Positions 49,263 through 58,454 of a DNA stretch of 64,000 nucleotides are shown in pieces (position 1 is the stretch's first letter; each line of letters starts with the position of its first letter). Location: assembly GCA_963809845.1 (NCBI GenBank), contig CAWELO010000002.1, positions 198,638 through 262,637 of the forward strand, written 5' to 3'. The position numbers were made by a program, and so were the translations under genes. The stretch is from an uncultured Verrucomicrobiae bacterium (lineage in GTDB: Bacteria; Verrucomicrobiota; Verrucomicrobiia; Limisphaerales; UBA8199). The notes beneath the pieces were generated by a model. That model was not told the DNA's origin. It worked only from the letters and a program-made list of their open reading frames with translations, and ran no database searches.

Positions 49263-49393
49263 GTTTGATTGCCGTGGACGTCTCGCCCCATCCGCACCCT
49301 GAGCGCGCGCGTTATTCCCGGGGCCGCGCACAAACGCACCTGCCATCCTGGAGGGATTTGCGGTTATCACCTCTGGCGGCCACACCGCGCGTC

Positions 49394-50986
49394 ATGGCCG
49401 GGATCGCGTCGTGGGCCTTGCTGGGCTCCATAGCCATGGCCTTATCCGTGGGAGTAGCGCGCGCCACCCCGGGCACTCCGCCGTCCGCCTGGCCCGGCGC
49501 CGAGCTCTTTACCAATGGACCGGTTCCTGAATTGCACCTCGAAATCGCGCCCGCGGATCTGGATCGCTTGCGCAACGACGCGCGTGAATTCGTTCGCGCC
49601 ACGCTGACCGACGGACACAGCACCTTTGGCCAGGTCGCGGCGCGCCTCAAAGGGTCCATCGGCAGCTTCCGGACAGTGGATGACAAACCGGCCTGGACCC
49701 TGGATTTCAGCCGATTCAATCCCGGCCAGAGATTCCACGGGCTGCGTCGCATCCATCTTAACAACTCGGTCGAAGATCCCAGCTACTGCAACGAATGGCT
49801 GGGCGGTGAGTTGTTTCGGCAGGCCGGGATACCGGCCCCGCGCGTGACGCACGCGCTGGTGTTCCTGAATGGACACCGGCTCGGGCTTTACGTGTTGAAG
49901 GAAGGGTTCACCGAGGATTTCCTCTCGTGCTACTTCAACCCAATCGCGGACAACCTCTTTGAACCCGGCGAAGGCCACGACGTGAACCAGCGGCTCAAGC
50001 GCGTTTCCCTTGCGGCTCCCCAATCCAGCCGAGCGCCCCTCGAAGCGCTCGCCGAGGCCGCCCTCGAGGAGAACCCCGCGCAGCGCTGGGAACGCCTGGG
50101 GAAAGTGTTGGACCGCGATCGGTTCTTAACCTTCATGGCCCTCGAGGTGATGCTGTGCCATCGTGACGGCTACTGCCTGGCGCGGAATAATTACCGCGTC
50201 TATGAAGATTTGGACAGCGGGAAGGTCCTGTTCTTTCCCCACGGCATGGATCAACTCCTGGGCAGGCCGGGCTTGCCGTGGAAGCCCCACCCGGCCGGGC
50301 TGGTGGCCCGAGCCGTTATCGAGAGCCCGCAAGGAGCGGAGCAATACCGGACTCGCTTCGCCTCTCTCTTTGCCAACCTCTTCAATCCGCCGCTGTTGAG
50401 CTCGAACCTCGACCGGCTTGTCGCACATCTTCGTCCCGCGCTTACGGCTGGTGAATTTGACGCGCTCGTCCGGGAGTCGGCTTTGGTCAAACAGCGGATC
50501 GTGGCACGCCAAGAAAACCTGCGCCACCAATTGCTTGACCCGGAACCGAAGCCGCTCGATCTGGTCAATAACGCCGGCCAAATCGAATCCTGGCTGGCGG
50601 CGGATCCTCCGAGCACGGGCGGCCTGGATAAGGCCAAGAGCCCCGATGGAATACCGTCACTCCATATCATCACCCACTCTGAAACCGCCGCCGCCTGGAA
50701 AGCAAAGGCTGTCCTCCCGCGCGGACATTACCGTTTCGAGGGCCGGGCCAGGGTATCCGGCGTACAGCCCCTTTCCGCTGGAGTGCATCAGGGCGCCGGC
50801 TTGCGTCTCGCCGGCCAAGCCAGGCAGTCGGAGGATTTGGTCGGCAACACCTCTTGGCAAACCCTTGCGGCCGAGTTCGAGGTCACTGCTGAGAGCTCGG
50901 AAGTTGAGTTCGTCTGTGAGTTGCGTGCGCGTGCCGGGGAGGCGTGGTTTGATAGGTCATCATTGCGGGTGGTGCGAATGCCGTGA
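49394..50986 (+). CDS. CotH kinase family protein (secreted)
   Basis: Signal MAGIASWALLGSIAMALSVGVARA. CotH motifs LRRIHLNNSVEDPSYCNEWLGGELF, VFLNGHRLGLYVLKE, HRDGYCLARNNYRVYEDLDSGKVLFFPHGMDQ. An alternative upstream start lies at 49265. Confidence 0.85.
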   Translation: MAGIASWALLGSIAMALSVGVARATPGTPPSAWPGAELFTNGPVPELHLEIAPADLDRLRNDAREFVRATLTDGHSTFGQVAARLKGSIGSFRTVDDKPAWTLDFSRFNPGQRFHGLRRIHLNNSVEDPSYCNEWLGGELFRQAGIPAPRVTHALVFLNGHRLGLYVLKEGFTEDFLSCYFNPIADNLFEPGEGHDVNQRLKRVSLAAPQSSRAPLEALAEAALEENPAQRWERLGKVLDRDRFLTFMALEVMLCHRDGYCLARNNYRVYEDLDSGKVLFFPHGMDQLLGRPGLPWKPHPAGLVARAVIESPQGAEQYRTRFASLFANLFNPPLLSSNLDRLVAHLRPALTAGEFDALVRESALVKQRIVARQENLRHQLLDPEPKPLDLVNNAGQIESWLAADPPSTGGLDKAKSPDGIPSLHIITHSETAAAWKAKAVLPRGHYRFEGRARVSGVQPLSAGVHQGAGLRLAGQARQSEDLVGNTSWQTLAAEFEVTAESSEVEFVCELRARAGEAWFDRSSLRVVRMP

Positions 50987-51022
50987 CTGGGAACGGATCC
51001 TGCTTTAGTGCTCACGCCAAAG

Positions 51023-51036
51023 CCACGCATGCGTGG
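51023..51036. repeat. 14-bp perfect palindrome CCACGCATGCGTGG
   Basis: Read directly. It is a head-to-head junction of the heptamers CACGCAT/ATGCGTG that flank the four-helix-bundle gene. Confidence 0.6.
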
Positions 51037-51143
51037 TGGCGCGGTAAAACTTGACCTGTTTCAGTGTGTTTCGAAATTCGACAGCATCAGCTACGCTTCT
51101 CGGAGCTGCCCGATGCCTGCTGCGACTCGGTACTGGTTAATAA

Positions 51144-51172
51144 TTGACTTTCATGCCAGGACATCATACAAC
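51144..51172 (+). promoter_or_regulatory. Candidate sigma-70-type promoter (TTGACT-17-TACAAC)
   Basis: TTGACT at 51144-51149, 17-nt spacer, TACAAC at 51167-51172, ~60 nt upstream of ATG 51231. Consensus match only. Confidence 0.25.
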
Positions 51173-51230
51173 TGGCCTGATAGTTCGTTCAGGCACGAGC
51201 GAGCTCCTGCGAACGCTGCGTCGTCGTTTT

Positions 51231-51893
51231 ATGAAATCGTTCAGAAGGGAATCAGCTTTTACGCTGATTGAGTTGCTCGTGGTCATTGCCATTATTGCCA
51301 TCCTGGCCAGCTTGTTGCTCCCGGCCTTGGCACGCGCGAAGATAAAAGCGAAGGACATTACTTGCGTCAATAACCTCAAGCAGATTGGCTTGGCCATCCG
51401 GCTCTGGGCCGGAGATCAAGGGGACAAATACCCCTGGAATGTCGATCAGGCAAAAGGAGGCAGCAAGGATTCACCTGACTGGACGGACAATTTCCGCGTC
51501 TGTGCCAACGAGCTCCGCACTCCGCAACTCCTGGCGTGTCCATTCGATTTAACCACGCGGGTGGGCACGAACTGGGCCGCTTTGCGCGGTGACCTCAATG
51601 TCAGTTATTTCGTAGGACAGAGCACCACCGATGCCCGCACCCAGGATATCATTTCCGGCGACCGTAATGTCATCGGCGGCGGCGGTGGCCTCGACCCGCA
51701 TTGGGATACTTTTCTGGGCACATCCATCGATGCGGCCTGGGATAAGAACCTCCATATTCTGAAAGGCACCATCGTCATGGGCGATGGCAGCGCTCGCAAA
51801 AACACCACCCCCGATCTGCGCGACAAAATCAGCTTCCTGCTCTCAACCGGCACCACCAACGTTGTTCTCTCCAAGCCTCGCGGAATTTTTTGA
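51231..51893 (+). CDS. Prepilin-type N-terminal cleavage/methylation domain protein (H-X9-DG pseudopilin-like)
   Basis: [37 protein letters not shown] and C-terminal [12 protein letters not shown] (H-X9-DG). Confidence 0.85.
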   Translation: MKSFRRESAFTLIELLVVIAIIAILASLLLPALARAKIKAKDITCVNNLKQIGLAIRLWAGDQGDKYPWNVDQAKGGSKDSPDWTDNFRVCANELRTPQLLACPFDLTTRVGTNWAALRGDLNVSYFVGQSTTDARTQDIISGDRNVIGGGGGLDPHWDTFLGTSIDAAWDKNLHILKGTIVMGDGSARKNTTPDLRDKISFLLSTGTTNVVLSKPRGIF

Positions 51894-52085
51894 GTGTTTC
51901 ATGACCGTTTCCAGCTTTCTCCCGTAGCGCGGACAATCTGCCGCGGCACGGCGGTTGACCATACGGGGCTACGCACCCGCCACGCCGGGCCGCTGCCACC
52001 TCCCCCGATACGCGGCCTTTCGGTCCCCGGCCTCGCGGCTCGCACTCGGCGGGCCTTTGCCTTCATCACCACCCACGCTCGGGCC

Positions 52086-52748
52086 ATGCGGAATAACAAG
52101 TTCATAGGTATAACCGCCGGTGCGGCGGCGATGGCTTCCTGCGCGGCGCTCTATCTTGTGCTCCACGGCGGATTCGGGCCGGGGTTCAAACCTGAACCGT
52201 TTGCTGCGACAGGGTGGGTCATGGCTCGCCAGGCGCTGAACCTGCTAAAACCCGGCGGCCAGGTCATCGTCATCTGCCGGGACACCGCAGCCTTCAAAAA
52301 CCCCGCCTCTGACATCCAATTGGCCAGCTTTAACCGCACGCTGAACCAGGCGCATGTGACCGCAACCAAGACCCTCGCGCTCCAGGTCGATCCGCTCCGG
52401 CCCGTCGAAGTGCCACCCGGGGATTTCTTCGAGCTCATCCGCAAGACTCCACCGGGCAGCGTCATCGTCTCGTTCATGGGGCCGCCGCTCTTAACCGAAG
52501 CGCAGCGCCTGCAGTTGGGAGAGGCCAAACCCGGCATCGTCGCCTTTTGCTCCGGCAATCTGCCGGATCGAATCGATCTCAAGACCCTCTTTGACCAACA
52601 GGTGATCCAGGCCGCTGTGCTCAGCCGGAAAAGCCCGGTGCGCTCCGTGACGCCACCGCGCGATCCGCAAGCCTGGTTCGATGAAGGCTTCCTGGCGGTC
52701 ACGGCGGCCACGTATGCCACCCGCGTGCCGGCAACGGATGCGCGCTAA
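52086..52748 (+). CDS. Hypothetical membrane-anchored protein
   Basis: MRNNKFIGITAGAAAMASCAALYLVL anchor, then a ~190-aa soluble domain. No family recognised. The track ORF extends to 51894. Confidence 0.5.
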   Translation: MRNNKFIGITAGAAAMASCAALYLVLHGGFGPGFKPEPFAATGWVMARQALNLLKPGGQVIVICRDTAAFKNPASDIQLASFNRTLNQAHVTATKTLALQVDPLRPVEVPPGDFFELIRKTPPGSVIVSFMGPPLLTEAQRLQLGEAKPGIVAFCSGNLPDRIDLKTLFDQQVIQAAVLSRKSPVRSVTPPRDPQAWFDEGFLAVTAATYATRVPATDAR

Positions 52749-52772
52749 TGTGAATAAGAAGATATAATTGTA

Positions 52773-53540
52773 GTGAAGTGCTGCATTAATGTAAATGGGA
52801 TCCATCGGCGGCAACCGCGCGGCATCCTGCGGGTGCCGCCGGCTCGCACCCGGGCTCCGGGTCGAGGCCGGGGTCAGGTTCGCGCCGGCTTTACGCTGAC
52901 GGATCTGGTTGTCGCGGTGGCCCTGCTGAGCATCGTGAGCGCGGTTTTGGTTGCCGGCCTTTCGATCCGGCGCGAGAAGGTGCGCTTGGCGGTCTGCACC
53001 GCGAACCTCCAGAGGGTGAACCAGGCCATTCTAAGTTTCTCTGCGGATAACTCCCAATCCCTGCCCACGATCGTCCCGGGAGACAACCGGCCCTTGTGGT
53101 GGTGGTACAAAGAGCAAGTGAAGCGCTACGCGGGCCTCAGCGGCGATTCATCCAACAACGACCGGCTTTTTGCCTGTCCGAACGATTGCGGCTATTCGGA
53201 TCCGGCTCCCTTTCACGATAGCGCCCGGTTCGACTATGGCAGCTACGTGTATAACGGCGTGACGATGCTCGGGGTGCCAAGCATCGCCGGCCTTCAACTC
53301 TCCGCTCTCAAGCACCCGCGCAAGACGCTTCTGGCCATGGAATGGACCGCCCATGCTCCGCTCTCGTGGCACCGCAGCCGAACAGGAAACAGCAACAGCC
53401 CGTTCTACTGCGACGCCGAGAGCGTGGTGGGCTTTGTGGACGGCCACGTGCGCCTCACCAAGATTTACTATGACGGCTTCAATGCCGCCTACACCCGAGA
53501 CCCCATCGATGGCTATGACTACCAATTCAGTGAGAACTGA
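52773..53540 (+). CDS. Pseudopilin-like protein with atypical prepilin N-terminus
   Basis: GFTLTDLVVAVALLSIVSAVLVAGL has Asp instead of Glu at +5. The C-terminal VGFVDGHV resembles DUF1559-type tails. GTG start. Confidence 0.65.
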   Translation: MKCCINVNGIHRRQPRGILRVPPARTRAPGRGRGQVRAGFTLTDLVVAVALLSIVSAVLVAGLSIRREKVRLAVCTANLQRVNQAILSFSADNSQSLPTIVPGDNRPLWWWYKEQVKRYAGLSGDSSNNDRLFACPNDCGYSDPAPFHDSARFDYGSYVYNGVTMLGVPSIAGLQLSALKHPRKTLLAMEWTAHAPLSWHRSRTGNSNSPFYCDAESVVGFVDGHVRLTKIYYDGFNAAYTRDPIDGYDYQFSEN

Positions 53541-55554
53541 CCTAAACCTGACTCAAGGGAAACGTTTTGATCACGTGCATAACAGCGCGACGATAACGTT
53601 AAAATTAATACTCCAAACCGCTTTCAGCGTCGCGCTGATGCTTTTTCTCGCGTTTCCTGTCGCAGCTTCCACGTCGCTTACTCCATGGGTGCCGGTCTTC
53701 AAGGGCATCGATCACGCCATCGGGAGCAATGTTCCACCGGGAAACTTTCAGAACCTCCAGGTCGTTCAAGCCCTCCGAGTCGATCTCACAGATCCCGACA
53801 TTCAGCTTTTTCCAACCCCTCGATGCCCGGGTTTTCAGGCGGACTATTACGAAACCGCGGGTTATACCACCACCAATTTTTTGAGCATGAACAATCTGCA
53901 GGTCGCAGTGAATGCAAACTACTTTCACGACCCGGGAACCGGCAACACGGAGTCTCCCTCTTATACGCTGCCGCAAGGAACGCGATTCGATATTATCGGG
54001 TTGCTCATCAACCAGGGTCAGATCGTGTCCGCGCAGGAAGGTCCCGTTTACCCCGCTTCTTTTCTCTTCACCACAAACAACCAGGCGACGTTTGTTCCTA
54101 CCAACTGGCCGGCGCGGCCGACGACGGGTGTTTATAGTGCCGTGTCGGGGCTGTACGCCGTCCTGGTCAACGGGATGAACATCGGATCGAACTATCTTGG
54201 CAGCTCGGATTTTGTTCACGGCTTGAATCCTCGCACCGCGTTCGGATTGTCGCAGGACCACCGGTACCTGTACCTGCTCACCATCGACGGCAGGCAATCG
54301 GGCTACAGCGACGGCGCCTACGACTGGGAAACGGCGGGCTGGCTGCAGCGCGTCGGAGCTTGGGAAGGGGCGAACATGGACGGTGGTGGTTCGAGTTGCA
54401 TGGCCATGGAAGATTCCACAGGCACCCCCGTGGAGCTGAATCACGATAGCGCCGCCGCCTCGTACCAGGTTGAACGCACTGTAGGCTCGCACCTGGGAAT
54501 CTACGCGAAACCTGTGCCGGGGTTCATCAATGACGTCCAAGCCTCGCCTGATGATACCGCCGCGACAATTACCTGGACCACCACCGCCCCGGCTACGTCA
54601 CAAGTGCAATACGGATTGACCACGAACCTGGGCACACTGTCACCGCTCTCCACCTGCTGGTGACCAATCACGCCATGCTCCTCACCGGGCTCAGTCCCGG
54701 AAATGGCTACTATTTTAGCATTATCTCGAGCGCGAGCGGTTCCCAGTACGTTTCCTCGAATTTCTTCTTCACGACCACCAATTACACGACGGCGAACCTC
54801 ATTTTCGACGTGAGCCAATACCTGGACTTACACCGCCACCAACCTCGACGGCGTCAATTGGACCGCACCTGGCTATGATGACTCCGGCTGGCTTGGATCG
54901 GGACCTGGGTTGCTATGGGTTGACAACCGTGGACCGAATTACTCCATTCCCGCTCCGCTGCTCACCTCGATGACATTGGATCCGAACACCGGATTCCCTT
55001 ATTACACCTATTATTTTCGGACGCATTTCCCTTTCACGAATGCCTTATCGGGCGTCTCCCTCCTGCTGAGCAACTACGTCGATGATGGCGCTGTCTTTTA
55101 CCTCAACGGCACCGAAATCTATCGTCTTCGCATGGATCCGTACCCGGCGCAGATCTTGAATTCGACCCTGGCCGCCGGCTTTCCGTGCAGTAACGATGTC
55201 CCCCCTGGCAATGCCACCTGCCCGGACTTGTTCGCCATTTCCGGTGATCTGACCACCAACCTGCTCGCCGGCGACAACCTGCTGGCTGCGGAAGTTCATA
55301 ATTATAACGCCGGGAGCCCGGATATCACGTTCGGATCGGCCCTGGTTTATAGCGAACCCTACATTCTCAGCCCACAGCTCGACCTGACCTATACCAACGG
55401 CCTGGCCGGGTTGAGCTGGATTCGAGGCGGCTTCACGCTTCAGCAATCGGGAACCCCATTCGGCCCATGGACCAATACCCCCGGGCCAATTGTCAGCAGC
55501 CCGTATATTCCCGCGATCTCCGGGCCAGCACTGTTCTTCAGGCTGATTAAGTAG
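53515..55554 (+). pseudogene. Phosphodiester glycosidase paralogue 3 fused to FN3-like and galactose-binding-like domains; 2 frame changes
   Basis: NANYFHD, NPRTAFGLSQDHRYLYLLTIDGRQ, GANMDGGGSSCM; then an FN3-like segment ATITWTTTAPATSQVQYG; then NWTAPGYDDSGW..TYYFRTHF..DDGAVFYLNG; and the shared C-terminal module ..ALFFRLIK*. Frame changes near 54650 and 54820. Start may be ATG 53515 or GTG 53575. Confidence 0.75.
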
Positions 55555-55602
55555 GGCTCCATTTTTCGGCAAGGTCACTGCGGCAACCACGATGTGCAGG
55601 AC

Positions 55603-55622
55603 CATGTAACATATGTTACATG
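55603..55622. repeat. 20-bp perfect AT-rich palindrome between convergent genes
   Basis: CATGTAACAT|ATGTTACATG, 49 nt after the stop of the 53515-55554 gene and 43 nt before the mnmG stop. Confidence 0.6.
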
Positions 55623-55664
55623 AAACTGTCCGACCTGCCGCCAATTTGAACTCCACCTTGGACT

Positions 55665-57656
55665 CTACGTAGATGCCTTCGAGCTACCGTTCCGTTTCAG
55701 CCAAACTAGCAAGATGCTGATGTCGGCAGGTGAAACGCCAGAAATGCGGGATGCCTGGCCGATCGTTGCCGGGCGAATCTGAGTCAGCTTCTGACGGGCC
55801 TCCTGGCGAAGGCTCGGGACCGGGGAGTAATCGAAATCAGGTGGTATCTTCTTATCTTCGAGATCTTTCAGTTTGGCGATCTCATTTTCCTGGCGGGCGA
55901 TGTACCCGGCGTACTTCAAGACGATCTCGACCTGCGTAGTGACTTCCTGGGACAAACCTGAACCCCTGACGACGTCCGCGTAAGAGACTTCCGGTCGGCG
56001 TAGCAACTGGGCAAGGGTTTCTGACCCGGATCGCGTCACCTCGAGCCGGGCGATCTCATCGATCACCGCCTTTTGCTTGGCTAGGAATCGTTGGTGGTTT
56101 CTGGAAGGCAATAGGCCAAGGTCGTAGCCGAGTTGGGCGAGGCGGAGGTCCGCGTTGTCCTGGCGCAAGAGGAGCCGGTATTCAGCCCGCGACGTGAACA
56201 TGCGATAAGGTTCCACCGTGCCCTTGGTGACCAAATCATCAATGAGGACGCCGATATACGCCTCGTCCCGCTTCAACACCACGGGGTCTTTTCCAGAGAC
56301 CCGGCGGGCCGCATTGATCCCGGCCATGAGCCCTTGAGCGCCAGCCTCCTCGTAGCCGGAGGTTCCGTTGATTTGTCCGGCGAGGAACAGGTTGCGGCAG
56401 ACCTTGGTCTCGAGGGAGGGATAGAGCTGGGTAGGGAAGGCAAAATCGTATTCGACGGCGTAGGCGGGCCGGAGGATTTCGGCATTTTCGCACCCCCGAA
56501 TGGTCTTCACCATTTGCAGCTGGACCTCGAACGGCAGCGAGGTGGAGAAGCCGTTCACATAGATCTCATCGGTCGCAATGCCTTCGGGTTCGAGGAAGAT
56601 TTGTTGTCGCTCCTTTTCCGGGAACTTGACGATTTTATCCTCGATGGATGGGCAATACCTGGGGCCGACCCCTTCGATGACGCCGGAGTACAGGGGTGAT
56701 TTGTGGAGATTATCGCGGATGATGCGGGCGGTGGCGTCGGTTGTGTAGGTGATGAAGCAGGGGAGTTGGCCGTTGATTTGTTGGAGAACGGAGCCCGGCG
56801 GGTAGGCGCGGGAATCCGTGGCGAAGGCGGGGGGACGGTTTGGGCGATGTTCCACGTGGAACATTTTCTCGCCGTTGCCAGCGTCAGGCCTCGACGAAGA
56901 CTTTAAATGGTCGGCTTCGGCAAGTTGCTCCCCGGATTGTTCCACGTGGAACAAATCGTCACGCCAATAGGTAAAATAAGGGACGGGGTCGTCACCGCCT
57001 TGTATCTCCGTGGCGGAAAAATCAATCGACCGACGCAGCAACCTGGGCGGGGTTCCGGTCTTCAACCGCCCGAGCTCAAGGCCTACCTCTTTAAGCGAGC
57101 CGGAGAGGCCGGTAGCGGCGGCTTCACCAGCGCGCCCGCCGGCTTGCTGATTGAGGCCAATATGCATCAGGCCCTTGAGAAAGGTTCCGGTGGTAACGAC
57201 GACGGTTTTGCCACGATATTGAACTTCAACCGTGGTTTCTACGCCATAGACCATACCCCCTTCATGGAGCAGCCTTTGACATTGCGCCTGGCGGAGGTCC
57301 AGGTTGGGCTCGCGCTCACAAATCCACTTCAGCCGAAATTGGTACGCCTTCTTGTCGCATTGAGCGCGAGGCGCCCATACCGCCGGTCCCTTCTTCGTGT
57401 TCAGCATGCGGAACTGCAGACCCGCCATGTCCGTGTTCTTCCCCATCTCCCCGCCCAAAGCATCGATCTCTCGCGCCAGATGGCCCTTGGCCAATCCCCC
57501 AATCGCGGGATTGCACGACATCTGACCCACCGTGTCCGCGTTGATCGTCAACAACAGGGTCTGACAGCCCATGCGAGCGGACGCCAGCGCAGCTTCTACA
57601 CCCGCGTGGCCAGCTCCGACAACGATGACATCGTACTGTTTTGGATAAACGAACAT
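55665..57656 (-). CDS. mnmG: tRNA uridine 5-carboxymethylaminomethyl modification enzyme MnmG (GidA), with a ~57-aa internal insertion
   Basis: [19 protein letters not shown] motif and [17 protein letters not shown]. The ORF is open up to 57713, but [10 protein letters not shown] (57656) matches the usual N-terminus. Confidence 0.95.
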   Translation of the reverse strand: MFVYPKQYDVIVVGAGHAGVEAALASARMGCQTLLLTINADTVGQMSCNPAIGGLAKGHLAREIDALGGEMGKNTDMAGLQFRMLNTKKGPAVWAPRAQCDKKAYQFRLKWICEREPNLDLRQAQCQRLLHEGGMVYGVETTVEVQYRGKTVVVTTGTFLKGLMHIGLNQQAGGRAGEAAATGLSGSLKEVGLELGRLKTGTPPRLLRRSIDFSATEIQGGDDPVPYFTYWRDDLFHVEQSGEQLAEADHLKSSSRPDAGNGEKMFHVEHRPNRPPAFATDSRAYPPGSVLQQINGQLPCFITYTTDATARIIRDNLHKSPLYSGVIEGVGPRYCPSIEDKIVKFPEKERQQIFLEPEGIATDEIYVNGFSTSLPFEVQLQMVKTIRGCENAEILRPAYAVEYDFAFPTQLYPSLETKVCRNLFLAGQINGTSGYEEAGAQGLMAGINAARRVSGKDPVVLKRDEAYIGVLIDDLVTKGTVEPYRMFTSRAEYRLLLRQDNADLRLAQLGYDLGLLPSRNHQRFLAKQKAVIDEIARLEVTRSGSETLAQLLRRPEVSYADVVRGSGLSQEVTTQVEIVLKYAGYIARQENEIAKLKDLEDKKIPPDFDYSPVPSLRQEARQKLTQIRPATIGQASRISGVSPADISILLVWLKRNGSSKAST
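56848..56863. other. parS-type ParB-binding palindrome (copy 1)
   Basis: TGTTCCACGTGGAACA is a perfect 16-bp palindrome (18 bp with the flanking A/T). It matches canonical parS TGTTCCACGTGAAACA at 15/16 positions and encodes MFHVEH in mnmG. Confidence 0.75.
56938..56953. other. parS-type ParB-binding palindrome (copy 2)
   Basis: An identical TGTTCCACGTGGAACA 90 bp from copy 1. It encodes LFHVEQ in mnmG. Confidence 0.75.
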
Positions 57657-58341
57657 CGACTTAATCCGCATCCTGGCGCGAGACGAATCCGCCTCGGATT
57701 CCAAGGCATTCACTCACGGCGCGAGACGACCCGGAAGCTAGTCTCCAAACAACCACACATCAACCACGATTTGCCTTCGCGCACGGCCCGAGGAGCGACT
57801 TGGTAGCGACGGAATGGGAGTGTGCTGAATCCTGCGGGCTTTATGTGGGTTCGCCTCCGCGTCCTGACACCCGCTCAGCATCCTCGCCTCGAGCCGCAGT
57901 CGTGGGGTTCGCAACGGCAGGGAGCTCGGTCTGCCGCGAACTTCCCCGGCCTCAGACACGCACGGCCTTTGATTGAGATAAGCGAGAACAAACCCCGGGC
58001 TTATCGGTATTCTTCCAAGTGTGGCTGTACATTGTCATAGTGACAGTAGACTGTCATTTAGATTTCGGACCGGATCCTGGTGGCTCATATTAATGACAAT
58101 ACACTGCCAGAAGGCGACCTGAACGGATGGCAACCACGAGGAGCAGCAGGATTGAACAGCGGAGCGAAAAAGTTCGAAGCACCGTGGCGCTCGGGATGTG
58201 AAATGGGCGCCGCTCGGGCAAACCGATTCAAGGCCAAGGCTGGGTGGCAGGAGAGTCCACAACCCCGCTTGAGGCCGGGCTAGGACGAGCGTGGGCGATG
58301 AAAACTCTCGATCACTACGGACCACCGGAAGGGTTGCTCGT

Positions 58342-58370
58342 CGTTCGTGTATTTCGCATGTTTCGTGGTC
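58342..58370. repeat. 28-nt dispersed repeat, copy e (inverted)
   Basis: The reverse complement reads gaCCACGAAACATGCGAAATACACGAACG. Confidence 0.5.
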
Positions 58371-58454
58371 TCTTCCTCATCGCTTTCGTTCAGGTCGCGC
58401 GATGGGTTTTGGAGCTTGCAAACCGCGGGCGATCGACGTCAGATAACTCGACGT

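Noticed and set aside
57984-58009. gagaacaaaccccgggcttatcggt resembles the 3' CR-V/P4 region of bacterial RNase P RNA (ACAGAACCCGGCUUAUCGG in E. coli M1, from memory).
   Set aside because: The other universally conserved blocks were not found on either strand within 400 nt: GGAAAGUCCGGGC, GGUGAAA..GCGGUAAGAGCGCACC and AGAUGAAUG in proper context. A covariance-model scan would settle it.
57714-58454. Possible oriC next to mnmG (long intergenic region, parS nearby).
   Set aside because: I could find no clustered DnaA boxes close to TTATCCACA/TGTGGATAA, only 6/9-type partial matches such as TGTGGCTGT, and no clear AT-rich unwinding element. Origin proximity is suggested only by parS.
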